NCBI GenBank assembly: GCA_913040915.1
Contig: CAJWHW010000014.1
Coordinates: forward strand, 1-46,093
Source: an uncultured Fidelibacterota bacterium
GTDB lineage: Bacteria; Fidelibacterota; Marinisomatia; Marinisomatales; UBA1611
DNA: 46,093 nucleotides
Direction: 5' to 3'
Translations under genes and position numbers: made by a program
The notes under the pieces: generated by a model
Databases searched by the model: none
The model's input: only the letters and a program-made list of their open reading frames with translations
Told to the model about the DNA's origin: nothing
In this document: piece after piece, positions 9,921 through 18,673 of the stretch
Numbering within the stretch: the first letter of the stretch is position 1
Layout of the letters: each line of letters begins with the position of its first letter

Positions 9921-10544
9921 ATGGAAACAAATTTTATTCAGTCACTTGCCGTAAAACTTAATCAGCCATTACCAGGGGAAAATGCACAGAAACATATGAG
10001 GGTTACGTCGCAAATCCCATTTCCAGAAATAGATCTACAAAAAAAAGGAATCCCCGCATCCGTATTAATTCTATTATTCCTTAAAAACAATGATTGGTAT
10101 TTTTTTCTAACAAAGCGTACAGAAACAGTTGACCATCATAAGGGACAAATATCTTTGCCAGGTGGCGTGGTAAATGATGGCGAATCCTTACAAAATGCTG
10201 CTTTGCGTGAAACGCAGGAAGAAATTGGAGTTGATCCAAAGGTTATTCATCTTATAGGTGAGTTATCTTCTTTTTATATTACAGTATCAGGATTTGAATT
10301 ATTTCCTTTCATCGGATGGACTAAATCAGAACCGAAAACATCGATTCACGATAAGGAAGTTGAAAAAATTTTCTCTGTGTCCATTAAAGATTTTATGAAT
10401 AAACAGAATCAAAAAAGTAAAAAGACTACTCTTCGTGGAATCCCCGTAAATATTCCATATTTTGACCTAGGTGGTGAAATGGTCTGGGGTGCCACTTCCA
10501 TGATTTTAGCAGAGTTCAAACAAATTTTGGAAGAAATACAATGA
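9921..10544 (+). CDS. Nudix CoA pyrophosphatase (NudL/Pcd1 family)
   Basis: LTKR...HKGQISLPGG motif followed by Nudix box ALRETQEEIG; VWGATSMIL. Confidence 0.9.
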   Translation: METNFIQSLAVKLNQPLPGENAQKHMRVTSQIPFPEIDLQKKGIPASVLILLFLKNNDWYFFLTKRTETVDHHKGQISLPGGVVNDGESLQNAALRETQEEIGVDPKVIHLIGELSSFYITVSGFELFPFIGWTKSEPKTSIHDKEVEKIFSVSIKDFMNKQNQKSKKTTLRGIPVNIPYFDLGGEMVWGATSMILAEFKQILEEIQ

Positions 10545-10792
10545 ACTTGGGACAATGGTTAAACTCTCTAAGTGCCATTGACCACGGGATTTTATTAACA
10601 ATATTTTTAGTGGGAATTTATTTCAGCAAAGCAACTCTTGATGGACTGATTGAATTTTACGACAAAAAGAAAAAATTCAGCAAGTTCAGGATACAATTCC
10701 GAGTAACGCCTGCGGCACTTATTTCAATAGGCTTGATTTATAGTTTAATTCTTTACCAGATTTTGAGTGCCATGTTCAGCTTCATTCCCTGA
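10541..10792 (+). CDS. Small hypothetical membrane protein (2 TM)
   Basis: 83-aa ORF, ATGA overlap with upstream gene, two hydrophobic segments flanking a Lys-rich loop. Confidence 0.7.
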   Translation: MNLGQWLNSLSAIDHGILLTIFLVGIYFSKATLDGLIEFYDKKKKFSKFRIQFRVTPAALISIGLIYSLILYQILSAMFSFIP

Positions 10793-10794
10793 AT

Positions 10795-11649
10795 TTATTT
10801 TTTCTTACGCTCTCTTGCCATATTCATGGCTTTCCAGGCCAGATTGGGCATTTTTTCTAGTCCGTTAAATTGCCCAGCGCCTTTCAGCCATTCTCCACCA
10901 TCCATGGTTACCACTTCACCATTCATGTATCCGCTTTCATCCGCCATCATATACGCTACAAGATTAGCAAGTTCCTCGTGTTCACCGAACCGTTTTAAAG
11001 GTATACGTTCTTTCATCTTTTTCTGAATTTTCATTCCAGGAGGCACCAACCGTTTCCAGGCACCTTTTGTAGGAAAAGGACCTGGGGCAATAGCATTGGT
11101 TCGAATATGATATTTAGCCCACTCTACAGCTAGAGATCGTGTCAAAGCTAATACTCCGGCTTTGGCGCAGGCAGAAGGGACCACCCAACCAGAACCTGTG
11201 AAGGCATAAGTTGTAATTATATTCAGGATTGTTCCTCCATTGTTCTCACGCATGACTTTACCTACTGCCTGAGTGCAATTAAATGTCCCGACTAAAACAA
11301 TATCAATAATAGTACGAAACGCATTCTCTGATAAATTTTCTGTAGGAGAAATAAAATTCCCAGCGGCATTATTTAAAAGGCCATTAATTTTCCCAAACTT
11401 TTTTTTAGTCTGTGTCACTATTTCTTCTACTTGATCAGAATGCCGAATATCTGCAGCAACTGTTAATACATCAGCCCCAGTTAAGTTATTGATTTCATGG
11501 GCAGCTTCTTCCAACACATCCTTTTTTCTGCTAGTCAATACCAGATTGGATCCCAAAGTACCAAATTTAGTAGCCATGGATTTTCCTAATCCGGTACCGC
11601 CACCAGTAACAATGATAGTTTTTCCTGCTAACAGATCATTTTTAAACAT
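10795..11649 (-). CDS. SDR-family 2,4-dienoyl-CoA reductase (DECR-like)
   Basis: TGGGTGLG, NNAAGNFISP, SACAKAGV (no canonical Tyr), IAPGPFPT, MDGG. ATG at 11649 is the likely start. Confidence 0.88.
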   Translation of the reverse strand: MFKNDLLAGKTIIVTGGGTGLGKSMATKFGTLGSNLVLTSRKKDVLEEAAHEINNLTGADVLTVAADIRHSDQVEEIVTQTKKKFGKINGLLNNAAGNFISPTENLSENAFRTIIDIVLVGTFNCTQAVGKVMRENNGGTILNIITTYAFTGSGWVVPSACAKAGVLALTRSLAVEWAKYHIRTNAIAPGPFPTKGAWKRLVPPGMKIQKKMKERIPLKRFGEHEELANLVAYMMADESGYMNGEVVTMDGGEWLKGAGQFNGLEKMPNLAWKAMNMARERKKK

Positions 11650-11822
11650 ATGGTGGTCTTCCCGGTTCTTAATGCTACTTATTTCAACATCTAAATTCAA
11701 ATAGCTCTATTATATCTTACATTAACTTCTTTCACTCAATCAACCTGTAATCATTGTAATGCCACAACCGATTACAAAAATATAGTGGCGATCATAAATC
11801 TAATACATCTTTCTGATTTAGG

Positions 11823-12152
11823 CTAATCACCCAAGATTTTATCTACTTTTTCTTCTAACTTTTTTTCAACAATTATTTTTGTGGACTCCTTAGCCTCTTC
11901 CAATGATTCTGATGCTGCTTCTTTCACTTTATCCACACTTTTAGTCACTGACTCCTTAAGTTCATCCACTGTCTTGGGTACCTCCTCTCCCATATAATTC
12001 AGGTAAATGGCGTAGATTACAAGGATGATACCAATTATAAAAATAAGTTTTATTATTTTTTTAATAATAGCATAAACCAGTATAATTGCTAGTACACACA
12101 CAATAGCAATATATACAGGATTAGAAAAAATAGTATCAATCATATTTTCCAT
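11823..12152 (-). CDS. Hypothetical membrane protein (2 TM plus charged helical tail)
   Basis: 109-aa ORF, two hydrophobic helices then K/E-rich coiled region. Start may instead be ATG at 12143. Confidence 0.75.
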   Translation of the reverse strand: MENMIDTIFSNPVYIAIVCVLAIILVYAIIKKIIKLIFIIGIILVIYAIYLNYMGEEVPKTVDELKESVTKSVDKVKEAASESLEEAKESTKIIVEKKLEEKVDKILGD

Positions 12153-12161
12153 GGCAAAATC

Positions 12162-12167
12162 TAATTA
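12162..12167. promoter_or_regulatory. Palindromic -10-like hexamer TAATTA centred between divergent start codons
   Basis: Exactly 9 nt from the minus-strand ATG (12152) and 9 nt from the plus-strand ATG (12177). Confidence 0.4.
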
Positions 12168-12176
12168 ATTTTTAAC

Positions 12177-12821
12177 ATGCAAAGGGTTATGATCATTTTT
12201 ACTCTTTCAATACTTTTTGGTCAGTCAAAATATCCTGCTGATTCTTTACTGGTATCTCCTGAAATCCCTATTATACATAAGATAGGACTTATACCAATAG
12301 CTGGCTGGCAACGTATTTCATACAATACAAAACTGCTTAATTGCCAATTTCACCCAAGTTGTTCAAATTATGGTGCTTTAGCAGTGAAAGAGTTTGGTGT
12401 GATTCGCGGAGGTGCCATGGCTAGTGAGAGAATTGTTCGGTGTAATCCATTTGCCCTTGATTATCAATTAAAATATAGGCGGGGATTCAATCAAAAAGAT
12501 GGACGATTAGAAGACCCATTAATTCAAATAAAAATGGTGGAACCAAAAAAATCACCTATCCTAGCTGCAATATTTTCAGCTGTGCTCCCAGGTTCTGGCC
12601 GAATCTATGCTGGACGTACATTAGATGGGATTATGGGTAGTTGGGTTACATTTATCATTGGAAATACTGCATACCTGGCCACTAAAAACAAAAGAACACT
12701 TATAGCACCACTTTATACAAGTATTTTCTTTTTTGTATATTTTGGAGAAATCTATGGAGGCTGGCGAGCGGCAAAATATAATGAACTTTCTAAAAATAAA
12801 ATTGATGAGAACTCTTTTTGA
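12177..12821 (+). CDS. YidD-like (membrane protein insertion efficiency factor) domain fused to TM2-like membrane domain
   Basis: CQFHPSCSNYG...ERIVRCNPF YidD signature; KKSPILAAIFSAVLPGSGRIYAG TM2-like motif; signal-peptide-like N-terminus. Confidence 0.8.
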   Translation: MQRVMIIFTLSILFGQSKYPADSLLVSPEIPIIHKIGLIPIAGWQRISYNTKLLNCQFHPSCSNYGALAVKEFGVIRGGAMASERIVRCNPFALDYQLKYRRGFNQKDGRLEDPLIQIKMVEPKKSPILAAIFSAVLPGSGRIYAGRTLDGIMGSWVTFIIGNTAYLATKNKRTLIAPLYTSIFFFVYFGEIYGGWRAAKYNELSKNKIDENSF

Positions 12822-12869
12822 ATGCTAAAGCCAAGATGTAAAATTTAATACTTCTAATTTAATAAATAT

Positions 12870-12942
12870 GCCACCGTAGCTCAGTTGGTAGAGCATTTCA
12901 TTCGTAATGAAGAGGTCGGAGGTTCGAATCCTCTCGGTGGCT
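12870..12942 (+). tRNA. tRNA-Thr (CGT)
   Basis: GCCACCG/CGGTGGC acceptor, GCTC/GAGC D-stem, anticodon loop TT-CGT-AA, T-loop TTCGAAT. 73 nt; no encoded CCA. Confidence 0.96.
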
Positions 12943-12944
12943 CT

Positions 12945-13361
12945 TTAGTATTCTTCTACTTCAAGTAGGTCAACTTCAAAAATTAAAGTTGCTCCCGGTG
13001 GAATTAAAGCTCCTGCACCTCGGTCTCCATATCCCAATTCAGAAGGAATGATTAATTTTCGTTTTCCGCCAACTTTCATACTTTTAACTCCCAAATCCCA
13101 GCCTTTGATCACAGAACCCACTCCCAAAGTAAAAGTAAAAGGCTCTCTACCCGGTTTCAAGGATGAATCAAATACAGTTCCATCTTCTAATGTACCAGTA
13201 TAATTCACAACAACCTTATTAAAATCTTTTGCTTCGGCTCCATCACCGATGACTATATCTTCGATCTTTAATCCATTTTCCATTGTATTTACCTGTCCTT
13301 TTTGGCAACCAGAGAACAGTAATAAAAGCCCGATTGCAATAAGTTTATTAATAATTTTCAT
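12945..13361 (-). CDS. FKBP-type peptidyl-prolyl isomerase, predicted lipoprotein
   Basis: [42 protein letters not shown]. Start at 13361 gives a lipoprotein signal ending FSG-C, with SD-like GGTGAGG upstream. Confidence 0.92.
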   Translation of the reverse strand: MKIINKLIAIGLLLLFSGCQKGQVNTMENGLKIEDIVIGDGAEAKDFNKVVVNYTGTLEDGTVFDSSLKPGREPFTFTLGVGSVIKGWDLGVKSMKVGGKRKLIIPSELGYGDRGAGALIPPGATLIFEVDLLEVEEY

Positions 13362-13396
13362 AGTATGTTGATTCCTCACCTTGTAAAAAAAGGGTG

Positions 13397-13406
13397 GTAA
13401 ATTTAC
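13397..13406. promoter_or_regulatory. Palindrome GTAAATTTAC giving a TAAATT -10-like box on both strands between divergent FKBP and rarA genes
   Basis: Perfect 10-bp palindrome. The plus-strand copy has an extended -10 TG and lies 9 nt before the rarA ATG. Confidence 0.45.
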
Positions 13407-13412
13407 TGTACT

Positions 13413-14717
13413 ATGAATTCCACCCAAATGTTATTCGATACACATTTACCGCCTTTAGCTGAGCGGATGCGACCAAAATGCTTTGAAGAATTTTTTGGCC
13501 AAAATCATCTGATGGGTGAGGGGAAAATTCTTCATCGCCTTATTAATAATTCGTCCATCTTTTCAATGGTCTTTTGGGGTCCGCCGGGAACAGGAAAAAC
13601 TACATTGGCCAGAATGATCGCAGAGTCGTCCGATGCAGAGATTCGAGAATTGTCTGCTATTTCCAGCGGTGTAAAAGAATTAAGGGAAGTAATCAAATTT
13701 GGAAAGAATAATCGTGAACTGGGTAATCAAACAATTCTATTTATTGATGAGATTCACCGCTTCAGTAAAAGCCAGCAGGATGCACTCCTCCATGCAGTGG
13801 AAGATGGCACCATTATTTTAATCGGGGCGACCACAGAAAATCCATCTTTTGAAGTTATTTCTCCTCTTTTATCCCGTTGTCGTATTCTTACTTTAAAGCC
13901 ATTAGGGATAAATCAATTAACTAATATTTTTCATACTGTTTTTAAAAATGATGTAGTTCTGTCTAAAGGAATTATTTTAATTAATGAAGCTGAACAAGAT
14001 ATATTAATCCAATCTGCCAGTGGTGATGCACGGAAAATGCTCAATACTTTGGAAGTGGCGGTGAATCTTATTGGCGGAAAAGGACACATCACGAAAGCAA
14101 TATTGGATGAAGCGATTCAATCCAAAACATTAATTTATGATAAGCAGGGAGAATATCATTACGATACGATCAGTGCTTTTATCAAATCAGTACGAGGATC
14201 CGATCCAGATGCTGCCCTTTATTGGCTAGCTGTCATGTTGGAAGGAGGAGAAAAACCGGAATTTATCGCACGGAGACTGATTATTCTCGCATCGGAAGAT
14301 ATTGGGAATGCAGATCCAAACGGGCTTACGCTGGCCACTTCCGGATTCCAGGCAGTCCATATGATTGGTATGCCGGAAGCATCTCTGGTCCTGGCACAAG
14401 TCACAACTTACCTCGCCAGTACACTAAAATCAAATGCCAGCTATTCAGGTATTAAAGCCGCTACCAATGCGATAAAAGAGTCGGGAACTCCTTCGGTGCC
14501 TCTGCATTTGAGAAATGCACCGACAGACTTAATGAAAGATATGGATTACGGTAAAGATTATCAATATCCGCATGAGCACTCAGATCATTTTTTGGATGTG
14601 AATTATTTTCCTGAAGGCAAGCAGCAGACATTCTATAAACCAACAACCCAAGGCCAGGAAGAGTGGATTCAAAAACGTCTGAAATCACTATGGAAGGATC
14701 GTTATCATAAAGAATGA
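13413..14717 (+). CDS. rarA: Replication-associated recombination protein A (RarA/MgsA AAA+ ATPase)
   Basis: [69 protein letters not shown]. Confidence 0.96.
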   Translation: MNSTQMLFDTHLPPLAERMRPKCFEEFFGQNHLMGEGKILHRLINNSSIFSMVFWGPPGTGKTTLARMIAESSDAEIRELSAISSGVKELREVIKFGKNNRELGNQTILFIDEIHRFSKSQQDALLHAVEDGTIILIGATTENPSFEVISPLLSRCRILTLKPLGINQLTNIFHTVFKNDVVLSKGIILINEAEQDILIQSASGDARKMLNTLEVAVNLIGGKGHITKAILDEAIQSKTLIYDKQGEYHYDTISAFIKSVRGSDPDAALYWLAVMLEGGEKPEFIARRLIILASEDIGNADPNGLTLATSGFQAVHMIGMPEASLVLAQVTTYLASTLKSNASYSGIKAATNAIKESGTPSVPLHLRNAPTDLMKDMDYGKDYQYPHEHSDHFLDVNYFPEGKQQTFYKPTTQGQEEWIQKRLKSLWKDRYHKE

Positions 14718-17700
14718 AAAAACTTCTTTTCATATTTTTATTTTCTTCATTCCTGTTCCCCGATAACAGGCTTCGTCTTAAAAAAGCTAACATGCTGGAA
14801 AACAAGACAATAAATGGAAAGTCTGTAAAATTTATTTCTGGTGATATAATCTTTACAAAAGGTACTCTTACGCTAAATTGTCAAGAAGGACGGCATTACG
14901 AAAGGGAAGAACTTGCTATTTTATATCGTCAGGTAATTGCACTGCAGGAAGGTCGTACCCTTACCTGCGACACATTGAAATTCTATTCTGATGAAGATAA
15001 GATAATCAGTATTGGAATTCCCCATGTCTGGGACCAAGATTATGATCTAAAAGCAGATTCCTTAACTGTGTTTACAGAAATAGATAGTGGTGTTGCTTTG
15101 GGAAATGTTATTCTTGTCCAAAAAGGGCAAATAATTTCCGCTGATCGGATTGAATATCAAAAAGACCCTATGGTAGATGGGGTTTCCTACATAGCTTATG
15201 GAAATGTGACTATCAAAGATTCATCTCGAATTGCAACCTGTGGCAAAGCAAAGTATGACCGTACCAATGAGAACACCACCTTGGAGATTGAACCTGAAAT
15301 AACCGATAACGGTCGTATACTTTCTGGTGAAAAAATTCTATTAACATATAAGGAAGAAGAATTAGAAAAACTATATATACCTAAAAAAGCCTTCGCCCTT
15401 ACACCCGTAAGTGGCTATAAACAGTCTAAATTTGATTCGTTGGCATTTGGAGACTCATTACAGTTTCATGATAAAATGGAAGGCTCCCAGTTAACCGGTC
15501 ATTTCATTGATGGGGCATTAGATTCTCTACGTATTGAAGGAATGGCAAAAACTATGTATCATGTTTTTGACGATTCTGTTTATCAAGGAAAAAACATTGC
15601 CTCCGGTGATACCATCACTATGGCTTTTTTAGAGGATGAACTGGATCTGTTACGTATCATTGGCGGATCAGAAGGAAAATATGTCCCCGATTCAATCGCC
15701 AGCGATGTAGATATGCCTATAGTTTATTCTGCTGATGAAATTAAATATAGAATGAAAGATGAAGAGTCTGACTTTAATGGGAAAGCAAACATAAAACACG
15801 ATGCTACAAATCTTGAAGCAGGATTTATAACGGTGAATTGGAAAACCCAATTACTGAATGCCATTCCGAAACTTGAATCAGATTCATTGTCAGAGCCCTT
15901 AAAACCCATCATCAAAGAAAAAGGGAAAGATCCGATGACCGGGGATGCCATGACTTATAATCTTGGAACAAAAAAAGGAAAAGTCACTAAAGGGCATACA
16001 AAAGCCGATGACGGTTATTATTCCGGGCAACAGATTAATAATGAAACCCATAAGATTTTCTTCATTGAAAGTTCAACCTATACAACCTGTGATCTGGATA
16101 CAGCACATTTTCATTTCGAATCTGAAAAAATGAAAATTATTCAGAATGATATCGTTATTGCACGTCCGATTATATTGCATCTAGGGCAGATTCCTATTTT
16201 TGGAATTCCATTAGGGATATTTCCCCACAAAGGTGGGCAACGACACTCAGGGTGGATTATGCCTTCTTACGGAGATACAAAAAATCGAGGACAATATCTT
16301 CAGGGTCTGGGGTTTTATTGGGCTCCAAGTGAGTATTGGGATTCAAAATTAACCTTGGATTTTAGTGACAGGCAAGGAGCGATTTTCAAAACAAGAAATG
16401 TCTATCGAATACGCTACAAGTTCAATGGAAGTTTTAATCTTCGTAATCAGCAATATTTAAATCAATCGAGTAATATTGCTGATATCACTGACGCACGGAA
16501 AACCAGTACAAATATTAAATGGACACACAGCCAAAAACTTCGGAACCACCAGAGTTTTAATGCGAATGTGACATATTCCAGTAGCGGTGATTATGATTTC
16601 AGTAAAAAATATGGGCAAACAGAGGCAGATAGAATGAATCAGAAGGCTATTTCTAATATGTCCTATTCTAAACGATGGCCAAAACATAAGAATTCACTCA
16701 GTGTCAGTTATTATTCGAATAGAGATTTACTGATTGATGATAAGATTAACCCAGATAGCCCCTATTTTGTTGAGCCTACTAAAACTGGAACGCAATTAAA
16801 CAGGCTAAACCGTACATTCCCAAAACTTTCATTCCGGCGCGGTCAAAGTAATTTTTTTCCAACAACAGCAAAAGAAAAAAAATGGTATAATACTATCACC
16901 TGGAATTATGGCCTCAATTATAGTAGTAAAGATCGAGACTTTTATGAATCAGTTTTTAAGGATAGTCTAGAATCATTTGGCTGGAATGATGAATTTGAAA
17001 ATGAACAAAACAGAGGATGGGTTCATACATCATCAATCAATGCTCCCCATAAAATATTCAAATATATTGCTATAAATCCCAGAATGAGTTTGAAATCAGT
17101 CTGGGTGGATAAATCCTATGATGGTATTTGGAATGATTCGACAAATACATTTGATAAATCTCTTAAAGAAGAGTACGAATTTCGGACCACTGGCTCTTTT
17201 TCCATGAACACAAATACGCAGATTTACGGTCTGTTCCCCATCCCTTTAGGTCCGATTAGAGCAATACGACATGTAATGTCGCCTTCAATCGGTTATTCTT
17301 GGACACCGGATTTTTCCAAGCCATTTTTTGGGAGAGACTTGGGCTATATTATTACTCATATAGATGATAACGGGAAGGAATATTTCCACGATAGATTTGC
17401 AGGAACGTTGGCTGGAGGAACGCCAAGGACTGAAAGAAAATCCATGAATTTCAGTTTAAATAATGTATTTCAAGCCAAAGTAAATAGAGGCGATGATGAG
17501 AAAAAAATTGACCTGTTAACTTGGCGGATGAGCAGCAGTTATAATTTTGCAGCAGATTCCATGAATTTTTCAAATATTCGTTCAACAATGCGTTCAAAAA
17601 TTGCCGGGAAATTGAACCTAGACTTAAATATGACCCATGATTTTTACCAATATAATACAGACCAGAGAAGACGAATTTCTGATTTTAACCGGAATGAAAA

Positions 17701-18220
17701 TAATTTTATCAGTCCGAGGCTTACATCAGCCAGGCTTTCAACAGGTTTTCGTTTTTCTGGGAAGAGATGGACTGATATCATGGGTAAGGAAGTTGAAGAT
17801 GATACAACGTCAATTGATGAAGATTTATCAGGACCAGGTTTGACCAATCCACAAAAAGAAACCCGGAACACATTAAATAATAAGGAGCTTTGGCGAACCA
17901 ATGTTAGTTTGAGTTATTCTTATACTGCAACCAACCCTGATGACCCACGTAAAACGTTTTGGGCAAATACGAATACTTCCATTAATCTGACAAAGAAATG
18001 GCGCATGTCTTACAGGGCAAGATTTGATTTAATTCAAAGAGATTTAGTAAATCACTCCTTCAATATCCATCGTGATCTACATTGTTGGGAATTATCCTTG
18101 GGCTGGACACCAACCGGTATAGGTCAAGGAGTTAATTTTAAACTGAATGTAAAATCGCCAACACTGAAAGATATAAAAATTGAGAAAAAATCAGGTGTTT
18201 TTTCCGGTCCAAGACTCTAG
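14714..18220 (+). CDS. lptD: LPS-assembly protein LptD-like with extended N-terminal OstA/LptA-like beta-jellyroll
   Basis: Signal peptide; repeated OstA-like strands (TLTCDTL, ISADRIEY); YTTCD...HFHF, SGWIMPSYG, GFYWA, HVMSPSIGYSW and RDLHCW motifs typical of FCB LptD. Confidence 0.85.
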   Translation: MKKLLFIFLFSSFLFPDNRLRLKKANMLENKTINGKSVKFISGDIIFTKGTLTLNCQEGRHYEREELAILYRQVIALQEGRTLTCDTLKFYSDEDKIISIGIPHVWDQDYDLKADSLTVFTEIDSGVALGNVILVQKGQIISADRIEYQKDPMVDGVSYIAYGNVTIKDSSRIATCGKAKYDRTNENTTLEIEPEITDNGRILSGEKILLTYKEEELEKLYIPKKAFALTPVSGYKQSKFDSLAFGDSLQFHDKMEGSQLTGHFIDGALDSLRIEGMAKTMYHVFDDSVYQGKNIASGDTITMAFLEDELDLLRIIGGSEGKYVPDSIASDVDMPIVYSADEIKYRMKDEESDFNGKANIKHDATNLEAGFITVNWKTQLLNAIPKLESDSLSEPLKPIIKEKGKDPMTGDAMTYNLGTKKGKVTKGHTKADDGYYSGQQINNETHKIFFIESSTYTTCDLDTAHFHFESEKMKIIQNDIVIARPIILHLGQIPIFGIPLGIFPHKGGQRHSGWIMPSYGDTKNRGQYLQGLGFYWAPSEYWDSKLTLDFSDRQGAIFKTRNVYRIRYKFNGSFNLRNQQYLNQSSNIADITDARKTSTNIKWTHSQKLRNHQSFNANVTYSSSGDYDFSKKYGQTEADRMNQKAISNMSYSKRWPKHKNSLSVSYYSNRDLLIDDKINPDSPYFVEPTKTGTQLNRLNRTFPKLSFRRGQSNFFPTTAKEKKWYNTITWNYGLNYSSKDRDFYESVFKDSLESFGWNDEFENEQNRGWVHTSSINAPHKIFKYIAINPRMSLKSVWVDKSYDGIWNDSTNTFDKSLKEEYEFRTTGSFSMNTNTQIYGLFPIPLGPIRAIRHVMSPSIGYSWTPDFSKPFFGRDLGYIITHIDDNGKEYFHDRFAGTLAGGTPRTERKSMNFSLNNVFQAKVNRGDDEKKIDLLTWRMSSSYNFAADSMNFSNIRSTMRSKIAGKLNLDLNMTHDFYQYNTDQRRRISDFNRNENNFISPRLTSARLSTGFRFSGKRWTDIMGKEVEDDTTSIDEDLSGPGLTNPQKETRNTLNNKELWRTNVSLSYSYTATNPDDPRKTFWANTNTSINLTKKWRMSYRARFDLIQRDLVNHSFNIHRDLHCWELSLGWTPTGIGQGVNFKLNVKSPTLKDIKIEKKSGVFSGPRL

Positions 18221-18334
18221 GATAGAAAATATATTTTTACAGAATATGATCATACCAAAAATAAATGAATATAAATCTTCAATTGAACTAACCCAATCAA
18301 ATATGGAAATTCAAGTCATAAATAGGAACAAATC

Positions 18335-18673
18335 ATGATCTGTCCCAAATGCTATGCCGAATATTTAGATCACATTCAGGAATGTGGTGATTGTAAAGTT
18401 CCTCTTGTAGATGCATGTTTGATTGATCTGCCTATTCCAGAAATGACATGGAAATCACTACCGCCATTTCAGGGAAAAGTTTATGCAAATATGGCTGCAG
18501 AAATTTTAGATGAAAACAATATTCCAAATTATTTAAAAATGGATTGGGCAACTTCTGCATTTAATATTAATGGAGCAAATATTCCTGGAGAAGTAGTCCG
18601 AATCTTTGTACCTGAAACATCTATGGAAAAAGCATCTGATCTTGTTTTAAGTATCATTGGAGAATCAAATTGA
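18335..18673 (+). CDS. Zinc-ribbon plus DUF2007-like hypothetical protein
   Basis: CPKC-x9-CGDC N-terminus, then A..L....IP...VRIFVP...A pattern. Confidence 0.7.
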   Translation: MICPKCYAEYLDHIQECGDCKVPLVDACLIDLPIPEMTWKSLPPFQGKVYANMAAEILDENNIPNYLKMDWATSAFNINGANIPGEVVRIFVPETSMEKASDLVLSIIGESN

